Source of the DNA: Lingula anatina
Taxonomy: Eukaryota > Animalia > Brachiopoda
Assembly: GCA_051362555.1 (NCBI GenBank)
Contig: CM120645.1
Location: 7,998,001 to 8,062,000, forward strand
Reading direction: 5' to 3'
Length of the DNA stretch: 64,000 nt
The notes below the pieces were generated by a model. That model made no database searches. It was given only the letters and a program-made list of their open reading frames with translations, and was not told where the DNA came from. The position numbers were made by a program, and so were the translations under genes. This document shows positions 41,076 through 54,176 of the stretch, piece after piece (position 1 is the first letter of the stretch; each line of letters begins with the position of its first letter).

Positions 41076-41908
41076 CTTGGAGCCGTTTTCCTTTTGGCTA
41101 CCCTGACAACATCTACGATCAGTCAGATAAGAGAATCTGTAAAGCACGCTGTCATATCCCTGTTGACCTCTGACCTTTACTTCCGCCTAGCCAAGACAAG
41201 CAGGTGCCCTCTCTTCCTGGGATTTGATGCAGCATTTTCTTAAAGCTTCTCTTTTGTCCAGAATGCATCTACTCATATGACAACAAGATGTTTGACTGAT
41301 CTCTTTGCGTTTATTAATTTTCCCACATATTCAGTGCATTGAAATTATAACAACGGACGGTTGTCTTTGCCAAGTTTTGCATGAAAATGATTCAACATAA
41401 CGTTATAATTCTATTTAAATTCAATTAACCAAGGAAAAAAAGAAAAGAAACAATTTCTGTCGGTCCCAGCAACAAATAATACATTTTCCCTCTTTTGGTT
41501 ATTCAAAACACTCGATTTGGAATCTGGTTAAAAAATCATCCAGGGGGAAAATGTTTTCCAGAAACTCTGCCTTTGATACTGAACGTAACGTGCTCATTGG
41601 AACTCCATCTAGAATCATACGATTTAAACGTCTCATATTATATATCCGAATTTATCTAAGGATATTTCCATGAAGCAAAAAAATATTAGATACGTACATT
41701 CAATTGCACTGAGGTGATCCATATTTCCCAACAAACACAATCTTCAAAGTCTCGCGTACGTGTCCGAGATTTGCTAATGACGTCAATATCAACCAATCAG
41801 ATTTGACCAAGGCTCAGGTTCCCCGCTTCGAGGTCACGAACTATGACCTTTGTGTTGTGTGTCTGCAGTTGCCTGCAAGATTTTATGTCGAAAAAGCCGC
41901 AGGAATCG
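41076..41908. promoter_or_regulatory. Divergent promoter region EOGT/NR2C, with probable first exons of both genes
   Basis: Minus donor AAG|GTAAG at ~41075 and plus donor TCG|GTAAGT at 41908/41909. DR1 at 41164-41176 next to an ETS core (ACTTCCG), CRE TGACGTCA at ~41779-41786, CCAAT at ~41793, IR7 at 41831-41849. Confidence 0.65.
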
Positions 41909-44227
41909 GTAAGTATGCCATGTTTAACTATTTTATTTTCCTTTCCATCATCTGTGGTTATATAAACTTGGTCACGAAGGGTAACGATGGCGGCGGGTGC
42001 CTAATTTTACCACCAGACGAGCAGTTTGATCAAGGTTGTTTTGGTTTCATCGCCATTGCTTGAAATCGGAGGGTAAGTCTGGGTCAAACCTACGCGCAGA
42101 ATTCCACATTTCATATTTTCGACGAAAATTTCAGCGTAAAATCAAAGACTTTCCTCCATTCTTTCATCGCCGAAAGATGACAGGGTGATCGAGTAATGTT
42201 TTCAGTCTACTCTAGACGTTGGGCAGTCGGTTGAGCAAACAGCACATGGACTCGCGATGACCTTTTCCCTTTCCACTCCATCTCTATGCCTGGTCAAACA
42301 GTCGTGTCATATCGCACAGCGCGCTTCTGACGAGACTTAAATGTGCCAAGTTTACGTCAGTTTATCAACTAAGAAGGTTGGATTTTACACTTAGATATGT
42401 TTTAAGGAGGGTAAACTTGGTATTTGAGTCGACGCAAATTAATTCGGAGGCGGGTAGTAACGCTGTGACCCTTTCGCATATTGTGTTCAGATGAACTGAC
42501 CTAGTTTCGATTACCGACGCAAACAGGAAGAAGATTAAGGGCAAATGAATGTGAACTAAGGTCAAAAACACACAGACTTCTCTTTTTTTATACATTTTCT
42601 GTTTTTATATGGCATTTGGCAATGTTTTATTTTCACCAGAATGCTGGCAAATGCATGTAGTATACTTTTATGAATAAAAATTATATTTGGAATGAATTAT
42701 CAATATGTCATTCTGTGATGTGCATACATAGGGTTTTGCCAGATCCACTCAGTGAGTGTGTCCTATTCTTTTTTTTTCAATCGATGCTCATTGTCTTTAG
42801 ATGTCACTTGACTGGTAATATGACTACAGCTTTTCTTCAATATAAGCAACCCTGCATGTAACAGATTTGATGAAATTGATTTAATTCACACTTTTTTCTA
42901 GAGCTAATAATATGATTACATTCTGTGCCAAATGAACTCAGAATCTATATTTTATTTGTTATGGAAAGAAATACTTCCAAACATAATGTAATGTACACCT
43001 CTTTGTAAATAAGGACCTCATACATATTAATTAGTCCAGTGTTTTAGAGTCAATTATTCACTGCTTCTTTTCACAAACTCAAGAAATCAAAAAAAAAATT
43101 TAGGAGTGCAAAAAGTTTTTAAATAATTTTAATCATTTTTGTCACTGTTGAAACTTTTCATTTGTTAACTGGACAAGCCTTGTTGCAGATCTATCTTGGT
43201 GATCGGTCTTGGATATTAGCCAGCACCGTGTTCTCTAATAATTTATCAGCCGACGTCCCATTTTCAATTTTTTATTTTATGCCATTTTTTCACCAACTTT
43301 GACAAGTGAATGTCATTGGCTAGCATGATGAAGAAAAATTTTATATGATAATATCTAATCTTTTCCATCTCAAGCATATTAGGACTTCTTATCCACAGAC
43401 CAGTCAATACAGTATCTCGAATGTCATAAACAAAAAAATATGTAATATTGATGGGCTTATTATAGCTGTTAAAAAATATAGAGTATAACATATGATTTAA
43501 TTTGCTAGGTGGCTCATTAAAACCGTGAAAATCAATTGGTGATGATTAAAAAGTTCATTGTTACTATTAGTGCTGTGGACTGAAATATACTGTTCAAAGA
43601 TAAGTAGAGCTTAATCACTGACCTACTTATGCCTGCTTGCTGAGATTTTTTCAGGTTATCAAGTTCAAAACTTGAAATAAAAATCCAACAAGGCCCAGTA
43701 AAGAGATGCTATTTTTTATCCATCAATTTTAATTTTTTTTTTATTGAATATGAAGTTCATTAGATTAAAAGCATCTGAACCTGTGAATTTAAATCTTTGT
43801 CACATTTGTTAAATAGGATTTTATGTTACATTATTAAAATTGAGCTCAATTGGGTACAATTCTTACATATGGTTGAAATGTAATATATACAAGGACAAGC
43901 TCAGATTAGTCTGTTTTACATAACATCTATGCTGATTTATCTCCAAGTCTGTACTCCTGCATTTGATATGGATAAAAAAAACATAAGCATGGCTTGTTGC
44001 TTTAATTAATGTTCTAGTTCTATGAAATAAAGCACCTGCATAGGTACAATGAAGGAAAACCCTCACCTTATCACCAATGGGGTGTTTGCAGTACACATGC
44101 AAGGTTAAAACATTGAATTCCACTCATGTTCAAAGTAGCATTTTAAGACGGATTTAAAAAAAAATGTATTGCAAAATATAGTAGAAGAAGAAAAGTGTCA
44201 ATTTCTAGGTCATACTTGGCTAATAGT

Positions 44228-44262
<35 letters not shown>

Positions 44263-45322
44263 TTTTAGCACTGGCACTTATCCAAGCATTTTTTCAATCA
44301 GGTTGGTCTCAAATGGAGTTCACACGAATAATAATATTAAGATTTGCATGCTTGGGAACACCAAGGTTTTCTTCCCAGAGGACACAAGGCAATAATCCTA
44401 TGCTTTCAACTTTGTGTGCACTTGGAGAATAACCTCCCATCTACAAATAAAACATGAACAGAACTCGACCTTGCCATTTCTTTGAACTTTACAGTGATGG
44501 AAATCAATGTTGATACACAGGAACCATTATTACACAAATCTGGCTGATGGATGCTTTGTTAACGAACATACCTGATTTTTATTACCACAAGAACATGAGA
44601 GGAAAAAAATCAAATGTATCATCAGATGGCCAGATTTCTGGTCCAAGCTATACTCAGTCTATAAACTCAAGGTGTTTTAGGCTCCATTCAAAGTGAAAAG
44701 GCGCATTTACAGCTGATAAACTTGTCATTATTGGACAACCTGCAAGGATTGGTTGATAGAAAAGGGGTGGGTCAGACTGAAATGTAAAAGCACCTTGAAG
44801 TAGTCCTCGTCATAGCATGACTGCTGACTCATCTTAAGTTGAAACTAAGCGCAAAAAAAAAAAAAAAAAAAAAAAAAATTGGAATCCATACTAGTACACT
44901 AGTAGTGTGAAATTGGTAGTTTGGTCATCAATTTTTGTGGAAATTTCAACCCTTTTTCCAAAAATTCAATTTTCTTGGGAATTTCAATAATTTTCTTGTC
45001 CTATATATAATCTTATACCTGAATATAGATTTACCTGTCATTTGATCTGAAAATTCTGGTGACATTTATCTTTCTCTTGGCTCACACTTGTCTTTTAGTT
45101 AAATGCTGTAAATGATGTGAAAATGAAGAATGGAGGGCAGTATAAAAAGTGAATTTGTGAAATGGTAATTATATACATGTAGATGTAAATGGTTTTGAAA
45201 CTTAGTTGCTTTAACAAAAACAAAAAAAGGAAATATTTAAATGTATGGGAGGTATAATAGGCCATCGTGATAGAAGCAATCTGGTTCTTTTATCTCGCTT
45301 TTGAGTCATCTTTTCTCTCTCT

Positions 45323-45358
<36 letters not shown>

Positions 45359-45595
45359 TGGTGAAGCTTTACCTAATTTCGTGCCAGATTTTTTACACGG
45401 CAAATTGTATTCCTTTTAAAGTAAAAAATACTTAGTATTCCTATTTGTAATTAATCCACACAACATAAAATATTTTAATTAAATAGTGGACAATAAAGTA
45501 ATATATTTTTTTAATATGGTCACTCTGTGGAAATGTTTGTATGATAACAATAATGCTTCATTTAGAAAATGTACAGGATCCTTGGATGAAACAGG

Positions 45596-45597
<2 letters not shown>

Positions 45598-45682
<85 letters not shown>
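45598..45682. repeat. (CA)n microsatellite
   Basis: Pure dinucleotide run. Other SSRs: (GT)n ~24380-24447 and ~37053-37082, (GA)n ~32216-32253, (CT)n ~57043-57077 and ~58140-58182, (TTTA)n ~44227-44262 and ~54137-54178, poly-T ~26999-27044. Confidence 0.95.
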
Positions 45683-45685
<3 letters not shown>

Positions 45686-47571
45686 AGATACACATACACA
45701 CTTTTATTAATGCAGTCACTTGCGAGTTCTGTCAGATGTATTCACAAGAAAACCCAGCAAGACAACAATACCGAGTTAAATGCATTATGCATACTATTCA
45801 AACAAATGATGGAAATTTGCACTTTCTGGGGTTCAGAGTAAAATCATCCATTTAAATGATTTAGAAGGCCCACATATGATGGTTGGCCTCGAGATGACCT
45901 TTGTTGTTCAATCACACTCATTTCACAGCAGATGAGCTGTGTTTCCTTAGTAATGGGGCACCGATGAGTAAATACAACATCACAGGAACTTTCTTTGAAT
46001 GCAGTTTTTCCAACAACTGCCCAGAGTTCAAACCCCTACATGGAAGGACTGATGTCAAGTTCAAAAGGAGGATAAAATCCTTACCTCTTGTAGGAGCTGA
46101 ACTGCATTAAAAGGTTAATTTATTCGTTTTGAGACTGGGGTTCAAAGGCACAGAAATGTTTACAGAACTTTTACAGGGAAATGATTTCAGAACAAAATGA
46201 AAAACAAAAGATAGATGCATTGGTTGATATAGTTTGTATATATATGCACATATGCCATCAGACTCATGGCTGGTGCTGTTTAGAAAATAAAAACACCATA
46301 AGTATTTAAACAAATATACTGTGGCACCATTAACATTAAGGATTGATAAGATTCAGTTTTGATAACTGATAATGAAAAAAAAACTGCTAGTGAATCACAA
46401 TCATATGTGATAAGAACTTGTGTGTACAGACAAGTATAGATTTAACCCGTTTATTGGAATCCCTCCTATCACCAAACAACCAGAAAGTCTTTTTGTAACT
46501 ACACCTCTGCTCAAGTTTGCATAATACTAAGGCTCTGAGGGCATTTTATGACGTAAATTTGTGGTAATTTGTGTTCAAGTTAGTCCTGGTCTGAACTGTA
46601 AGCTATATAAGATGTGCTGAGCAGTCACCCACCAATTTGTCAGGATATATCAGTTACTACTTAAAACTTGAGTATTGAAATATTGAACAATGGCATGTAG
46701 GCTTTGCTAAATACGTTTATTTATATAGTGCAATACACAGTCCGACATATGCATGGTAATTTTAAAATTTTAATATACCTCACCTATTGCAATAAATTTT
46801 GAAGATTATTATTATTATTTTTTTTTTTTTTTACTTAAAAAGAATTTCTCATTTGAACTTATCTCTGCTTGGGAATGGACTTTTTTTCTGATATCATTGA
46901 CAAAACATTATTTTTGCAAAGAAATTAATCAGTTCTGTTCATATTTAGTTTAAAATTACCATAATTTCATGTTCAGTGCATGGTTATGCTGCAGGGATCA
47001 TAATTTCCCATCCATTATTGGTTTTTTGGGGTCAGGTCCAGATTCATTCATGCCAAGTTTTTCATTTAAGCCTGGATTGGAGACTTGAGATCATTACTGA
47101 CTATTAGGAGCAAGTTCATTTGAGTGAAATTGTGCAGAGTTGAGTCATGTCTGTCCCACTTTTCTTGGTTGTTGATGAAGTGCATCGATAAACTGGATGG
47201 CAACTTAAGTTGACTACTGAGGTTGGCATCTTTAAAAAAATCATTCAGCAGTGCAGTCAAATTATATTGGCATCACTTTCAACCTCTGCCCATATCCAGC
47301 TTGTGATGAAAGTTAAAATGGGTAGATCACCCTTATTGTATTGGATCCATGTGGGTTTAGTGCTTTCTTCCAGTATGCTATGAATTCACATACATAAAAA
47401 GCTGCAACATTGCATGAATAAGAAGTATACTTGAAAGAATCCATGGTTGTATTCGTTATCAAAATCCTTTGATAAAATAGTCAACAGTCAGAAAACAAAT
47501 GCCCAACCCTACCATTTAAGGCAAAGAAAACTTGACATAGCGCTGAAAATGTCAATAGGTTGTTCATAACA

Positions 47572-47667
47572 ACTCTAAAAAACTGTATATTATTATGTAA
47601 AATCATGTTTACACTTATTTTACACAATAATATACAGTTTACACAATAATATACAGTTTTTTAGAGT
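47572..47667. mobile_element. 96-bp palindromic mini-MITE
   Basis: TIR ACTCTAAAAAACTGTATATTATT(A/G)TGTAAA, flanked by the direct repeat TGTTCATAACA. Confidence 0.7.
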
Positions 47668-49161
47668 TGTTCATAACAAGATTTTTTAAATTTTGTTTTA
47701 ATAATCAATTTATTTATTAACATTTTTGTCAGTCTTAAACATCATGTTATCCATGTGTTACTAGTGTTACTAACATAGTTACATGCTGGTATGGAGAATT
47801 CAGTTACATGATGGGAAGCCCCACAATTTGTATCTGACATGCCCACTCAATAGACATGTCTAGACAATAAATGGACTTATGTAATACATGCCTAGTAATA
47901 CATTCCAGACAATTTATTTGAAAGCCATTCAGTTGTTATAAATTTGTCAAGTTTTTGCATTAAGGCCATTGACAAAGCTAACACAGGATGTGAATAAAAT
48001 TTGGAGACCCTGATGGCTTTTTAACAGACATCTATACATGTCTAAATATTAAAAACATTCTTATACAGAACTTTTACAGGGAAATTATTTCAGAACAAAA
48101 TGAAAAAAAAAATTGGTGGATAAAAATCATTGTGGTGAAGAATAATATCTGTTAGTTTTGTGTAGAATTACTGAGAAACTATTACACACGCGCACACACG
48201 CATGCACATGCACACACACCTGTAGCATGCTTCTGTTTGTCAGAATTGTTAGGTCTAGACAGAGAGGACTTACACAATTATTGTCACACTGAAAAATAGC
48301 TCCAGATGTCAATCATGTGGCATCTGAAATAAGGGGAAAAGAGTTCAAATATTGATCGCTTCCTGTGTCCATATGACCACTTATAAATAATTGTCTAAGC
48401 CAAAGTTTCTTTTCAAATTTAAGCATGAATTTCTAGTGTCTGTCCAAACAGATTATGCAGTGGGCCTATTTTTGACAGAGGTGTGAAATGGGCTCAGATG
48501 TAATATTTTTAAGTGTGCCATGTTCTTGAAAATTTCTCTTGTGTTAACAGTCATAAAAAAGGGCTTTGATTACTGTAAGTAATCAGGTTTAGAACAGAAA
48601 TTAAGCCCATTTTGAAGATGTGACATGTCTCAAACTGCCCAACAAATGCCATGAAATGAGGCACAATTTAAGTTGTATGTCTCCTTGTGTGTCTCTATTA
48701 AACATCAAATGATTAACAGGTGTGTAAACTGAGGTACCACTGGGTCTAGTTTCAGGAAAGAGCTCATTGACAAGTCAAAAATTCAGGCCTGCTTAAATCC
48801 AGCTTAGATCTGTGATAGAGAAACAAAAAAGACAACTACTAGTACTTTAAAGAAATTGGAATATTTTTTTTTTTTAATTTTGAAAAGATTAAAAGTCACA
48901 GATTATAAGCAGGGACCCCTCACAAAAGTTTGCTTGTCATGAAATAGCTTTGAGTTTGTTCTAAATTAGCATGCTGTCATGAATAACTTCATATTTTCAC
49001 TTTGAACACATGAAGATTTTCTGCTACTAATGTTATAATCTGGTGAAATTAATTTTTGGAATATTTCTCAAGGTTCACCTAAACATTCATAAATAAAAAG
49101 AAATTTTAACAAAAAACTAATTCTGTTTCAGATGTAGACAGTGCAAGATACAGCCACACCC

Positions 49162-52100
49162 ATGGCGTCAGTTGAAGAACAACTGCAGCAGGCTGCTGCT
49201 AGCGCCACCACGCCAATGGTGTCCACCACCAGCGTTGCCAGTAGCAACCAGCAAACCCCCACCAGTCACCACTCTATACTGACCACAGTGGACACACCCA
49301 TGGGCCAAGAAAATGTTATTTTACTGACCACACCAACAACGGCCACTCCTACGCCAGTGGCGCTCCATGCTGGTGGCATGATGATCCCCTTCACGATAGC
49401 GGCACAGGGGGCTGGGGTAAGATTTTATGTTGTCCTGATAGGATTTTTTAGATAACATAAAATGTCAAAAACTTAAATTTTTTAATATACATATCTTGGA
49501 GAGGAAGAGCAACATTGATGATATTTTGTTAGATGCAAAGGATCACAATTTTTATAGCTGAGTTTTGTTTGTATTGAAAGAACAATGTGTTTCTCAACAT
49601 CTGTAAATTATTCTAAAATTTGATAATGAATTAATTAACTGAAAACATTTTGTGAAGTGTTCATTTATTGGTTATTAACAGCATGATTTTTTTTCATATG
49701 AGTGCATATCTGTACATTTGACAGGACTGCTGTCTAATTACATAATATTTACAGCCTGATATTTAGAAGTCTTTTATCATGGATGATAATAACTTAGAAA
49801 AGTTGGAAAATGCTTACATTTAAACGTGTGAAATTAAGCAACTTGCATAACACAGTATATGTATAATATGACGAGAAATTTAATCTTAAAACCCTAGAAG
49901 TCATCTGCTAAAACTAATTTACGCATTAAGGACATGAACTTTGTATTAAAGGGATAATAACTCTTCATTGCGACCAAAAAATGAATTTTCCTGGAGTAAA
50001 CAACAATTTTCCCATACTTACCAATGGTTAATGAATCCATTTTTACATTCATTGTTAGTCCCTGGTTTTTTTCTAAAAAGTTTGGTTTTTTGTTAAAATC
50101 TCTTAAGAGATTTTAACATCTTAAGAGATTTTAACAGAGTATAGCCATCAATTGAGGTCACGTGATCTAAAGCCAAGTTCAGATATCAGAATAATAGCTA
50201 TAACTGCCGTTTTTGTGGTAAAGCAGAATATGTTATATTTCTATGAGTTATTCACAATGTTTTTATTGTGAAATGTAGATCTCATACGAAGAGTTATTAT
50301 CCCTTTACTTTTTGGAGAAAAAATTGATGCCCTGACAATTAAGGTTGATTTCTGACATCAGGACAACATAAGAAAATTAGGGGAAATTTTAAAATGCATA
50401 CTAATGCATGCCCAGCCAAAGAAAATAAACAAATAAATAAGTAAATAAAAGCCAACCTGTCCAGCAAATATACATGTTTTTACTAGTACTTGAAAATGAA
50501 ATGAAAATGATGTTCAATCAAACAAGTGATTAAAGCAAGAGGGAATTTTTCTTTCATTTACTATTATTGTTTTATGGGGAAAAGGTTCAGAGGTCATTCT
50601 CTGCTTCTTCCATTTTGTTCCAGTCAATAATAGAGGATTTTTAGCATTGTATTATCAGCAATCCCTCCGACCCCCTCCCTTAAAATTGTTCTCTCTACAA
50701 TTTGTGCCAAGGGAATCACATTTCTGTATTGTTTTACATGGCATGTGTCCATGTATGTCTTCAGCGATTGGGTTCAATTTGTCTGTCTATTTGCAGCCAC
50801 TTTATCTATCAGGGCTTTCATTGGCTTTCTCTGTTGAGAAACCTCAGTTTGGGGCACGATGGGAAAGAGACTGCCCCAGGAGAACATGTATAATGTTGGT
50901 GTTGTTAAGTACCAACTGTGAAGTTATCAATAGGTCAATGCATGGTCCTGGCCATTATAGGGAACATGTATTACTAGGCTTGGCCATTACTTACATGTTA
51001 CAACTTGTGACAGTGACTGAAAAAATTTATTTTGAAAGGCAGAATGATTTGTCATTATTTTTCTTGCCTATTTGGCCTTCACTGTAATAAAAAAATGAGT
51101 TTTTTAAATAAAAAATATGCTGTTTGATTGACCATGTTAGGTTTTTTTTTTAAATTGGAACAGGTTTTGGTTGTGCTGATAATGTATACCTGATTAACTA
51201 AGACAAATAAGCAAACTAGCATGAATCTGCATTCTTTTTAAATAACATCAAAGGTAATATTATAAAAAAAAAGGCTCTAGATCTGTCTGTGAAATTAATA
51301 AATGAAATTTTAAAAAAGTCTAAAAATCTACTTTTAGTATGCCTTAAAGATGCATACAAAGTCAATTTTTTGTCACAAAAACCAACCAAATGCCAGCATA
51401 TAGTTTCAAGTAGTATAACTAAGAGAATTACCAAAAGGCATTGTTTAATTTTACCCGAAAATGATGTTTGAACGGATTTTTCTGCTGGCATTCTAAGCTG
51501 TATGTCAATGGGGCAGGAAAGTAGATCACGAAAGTCGGTTAAATTTACAACCACAAATTTAAAGAAAGGAGCAGTCTAAAGGTCTTTTATGGCTGATCGA
51601 GTGATCTATTCAGTTTATCCCTTGGCATGTCGAATTTATTTGAGTCATATAAGAATCTAGTAGAAGTGGTTTACATGTGTTACTGGGAATCCACGCTCCA
51701 CCGATGCTCGGTTCGTATGTACCTTTAAGTTACAGAAATAAAGTGAAGCAAATCTGCCATGCCAACACTCTAGCATATTTTTTTTTCATTTTGAGCCAGT
51801 TAATTTTTTAAAAGAAACCAGTGACAAATAGGAGATCAAATAGCAAATATTTCCTATTTCTGTAGTGAAGATGAATCTGGCATTTGATGCAAACAGAGCC
51901 TGAACATCACTTTCAGCAACTTCAAAATGAGACTAGACTTTTGAAAGTCCATCGTGCTGTGAAGTTATCTCCGTAGCCTTAAATAATAACTAGTTATGTG
52001 GTTGACCTCTCGTTGACATTTCCAACATGGTGGATACAGGTCGCCCTCGGTCACGACTGCTGTCTTCCCTAACCAAAATCAATAAATAACAGACTGCTTT

Positions 52101-54137
52101 TACCATTGGATGACATACATGTTCCCTGGCCAGGTCTCTGGATTTCTATTGAATTAAAAAAAAATTGGACCCCTTCTTTTTTAGTCACAGTATATTTTTA
52201 TGGTAGTCGGTTGAGGTTGTTTTACATAATTGTTGACTTAGGAACTTCTAAAGTTGAGCCAATTGAAATCATGCTGTTTTTGATAAGTACTATAAGCAAC
52301 ATGCATAATAACATGTTTGCACTTGAAACGCCTGTTATTATGCCCTGTGTGTAAAAAAAATTAGCCTGGGCATGCTTTATCATGTGAAAATTTCATCATT
52401 TAAAAAATAATAATTTTGGCTCTGTATATGACTCCTTACAGTAAAATTGTCCAATTTTAGAAAATTTTTCAGCTGTAGCACTTGAGTTAAGTTTAAGACA
52501 ACAAATACAAGCTACTTACATGGTATGTGGAAAGAAAATCTGTGGAAAAACTTGTAAGAATACTTAGCTGAAAACAGATACCAGTTATCCTAAGCACTGG
52601 TAACGGAATACTCATTTTGAAATCAGCAGTGCATGATGTAACTGTGTTATGGACAAATTACAGATGTAACTCTGTTGTGTAAAGATTTTTGTAAATGTAC
52701 CTAATCACCGCTGCAGTGGAGTATTGTTTACAGTAAAGCTTCTCTTATGAGCCCAGCCCAGCCTAGGCGGGCCCTGTACTCTGTACATTTGATAACCTGA
52801 TATAAGATAAACAATCATGTTTGTAGCTGTTACAGAATACTTGCCAACATGCCTTGACCTTTGCAGTGGGTGAACTCAAACTGTCTTCATTTTTAACTAC
52901 ACTGAGGTTCAAAAAGGTGCACTCCGCCAAGAGGTGATATATGGGGATGGCTCTCTAAGTAGATAGGGGGTCACGAGGGTGGATTGTGTTTTAATAGCAC
53001 CCATATACTAGTAGAGGATTTGGAGAGTAGGATTTGTGCTGTTAAAAAAAGGCACAACATCCCAAAACATACCCCTGTGTGCAGAGAGAAAAAGAGAGAG
53101 AGAGGTGTGTATCTAAAACATCAGAGAAAAAAATGTCATTGACAGTAGCTAGCTCTATTTAGGTAGTTGTTGACAGTAAAATAGAAACGACATCTGCCCC
53201 TCCCTTCCACTTGTTGCCCCTCCCATTAATAACCAGTGTGTCAGTTTCATTTGTGATTGATACCTTGAAGCAGTAAGGTACTGCGGGCTGAGTTATGGAT
53301 ACCCCCCTTAAGCTTTTTATGCTCTGCCTTATCCCCTCACACAATATAGATTTAATATATATTTTATTTGGTAAAATATGACACATGGTCGACAGCACAG
53401 CAAGTTTTTAAACCTGTAATTGGAATCCTCTTGTCTGAATTAAAACCTTTTCGTTAACTATTTAAATTTTTTTTCTGTTTTTGTAAATATTTTTTATATA
53501 TGTTCATTTGCTTAAAGTTATATTATACAGCTCCCTTGATGTTTGATGAGAAATATAATGGGAATTGTGAATTTAGGGGGTGATTTGGAGACACCCAGTA
53601 TGGAAAAAAAATTGAGATAAGATATAAAGATGATGACTAAAAATGATGTCCCTTATGAGAGATGTAATGTGCATGCGAGTGTGTGTATGTGTGTGTCAAA
53701 CCCTTATGGAAGGTGGAGAAGAAATTCTTTTGATGTAATACATGGTTTTTACATTTGTTTCTCCCCTTTGATGTATGGAAGAGATATACCTCCTCCCTCT
53801 CGTTGTCTTTTGTCCCAGCTTTTGTCTTATTCAACAGTTCAATCAGCATTCATGTTGCCCCCCTTCCCCTTCAAGTCTATCTGCCTTTTGACACTTGGCA
53901 AAGAAACTGATATTTGACTTAAAGAAGGGCTGTAGCTAGGAGCAAACATGATTTCTGACACTTGTGACCTATGCATTCACAGGTATTTACTTGTTTGCTG
54001 TTATTGATTTAACTTACTGACTTGCTCTTCGTGAGGTCAGGGAGTCGTGACAAGCTTCTGGTGGGGGTCCAATTAGAGCTATTGGTTTCTCTTTCCCTCA
54101 TCTACAAGTTATGTGTTTAGGGTGCTTTTTAAAATAT

Positions 54138-54176
<39 letters not shown>

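Noticed and set aside
44227-44480. Possible minus-strand tRNA-derived SINE with a (TAAA)n tail
   Set aside because: Only a weak B-box-like motif, and no second copy in the window.
50647-51087. 146-aa ORF in an NR2C intron
   Set aside because: TTG start, no domain similarity or splice support, and composition typical of non-coding DNA.
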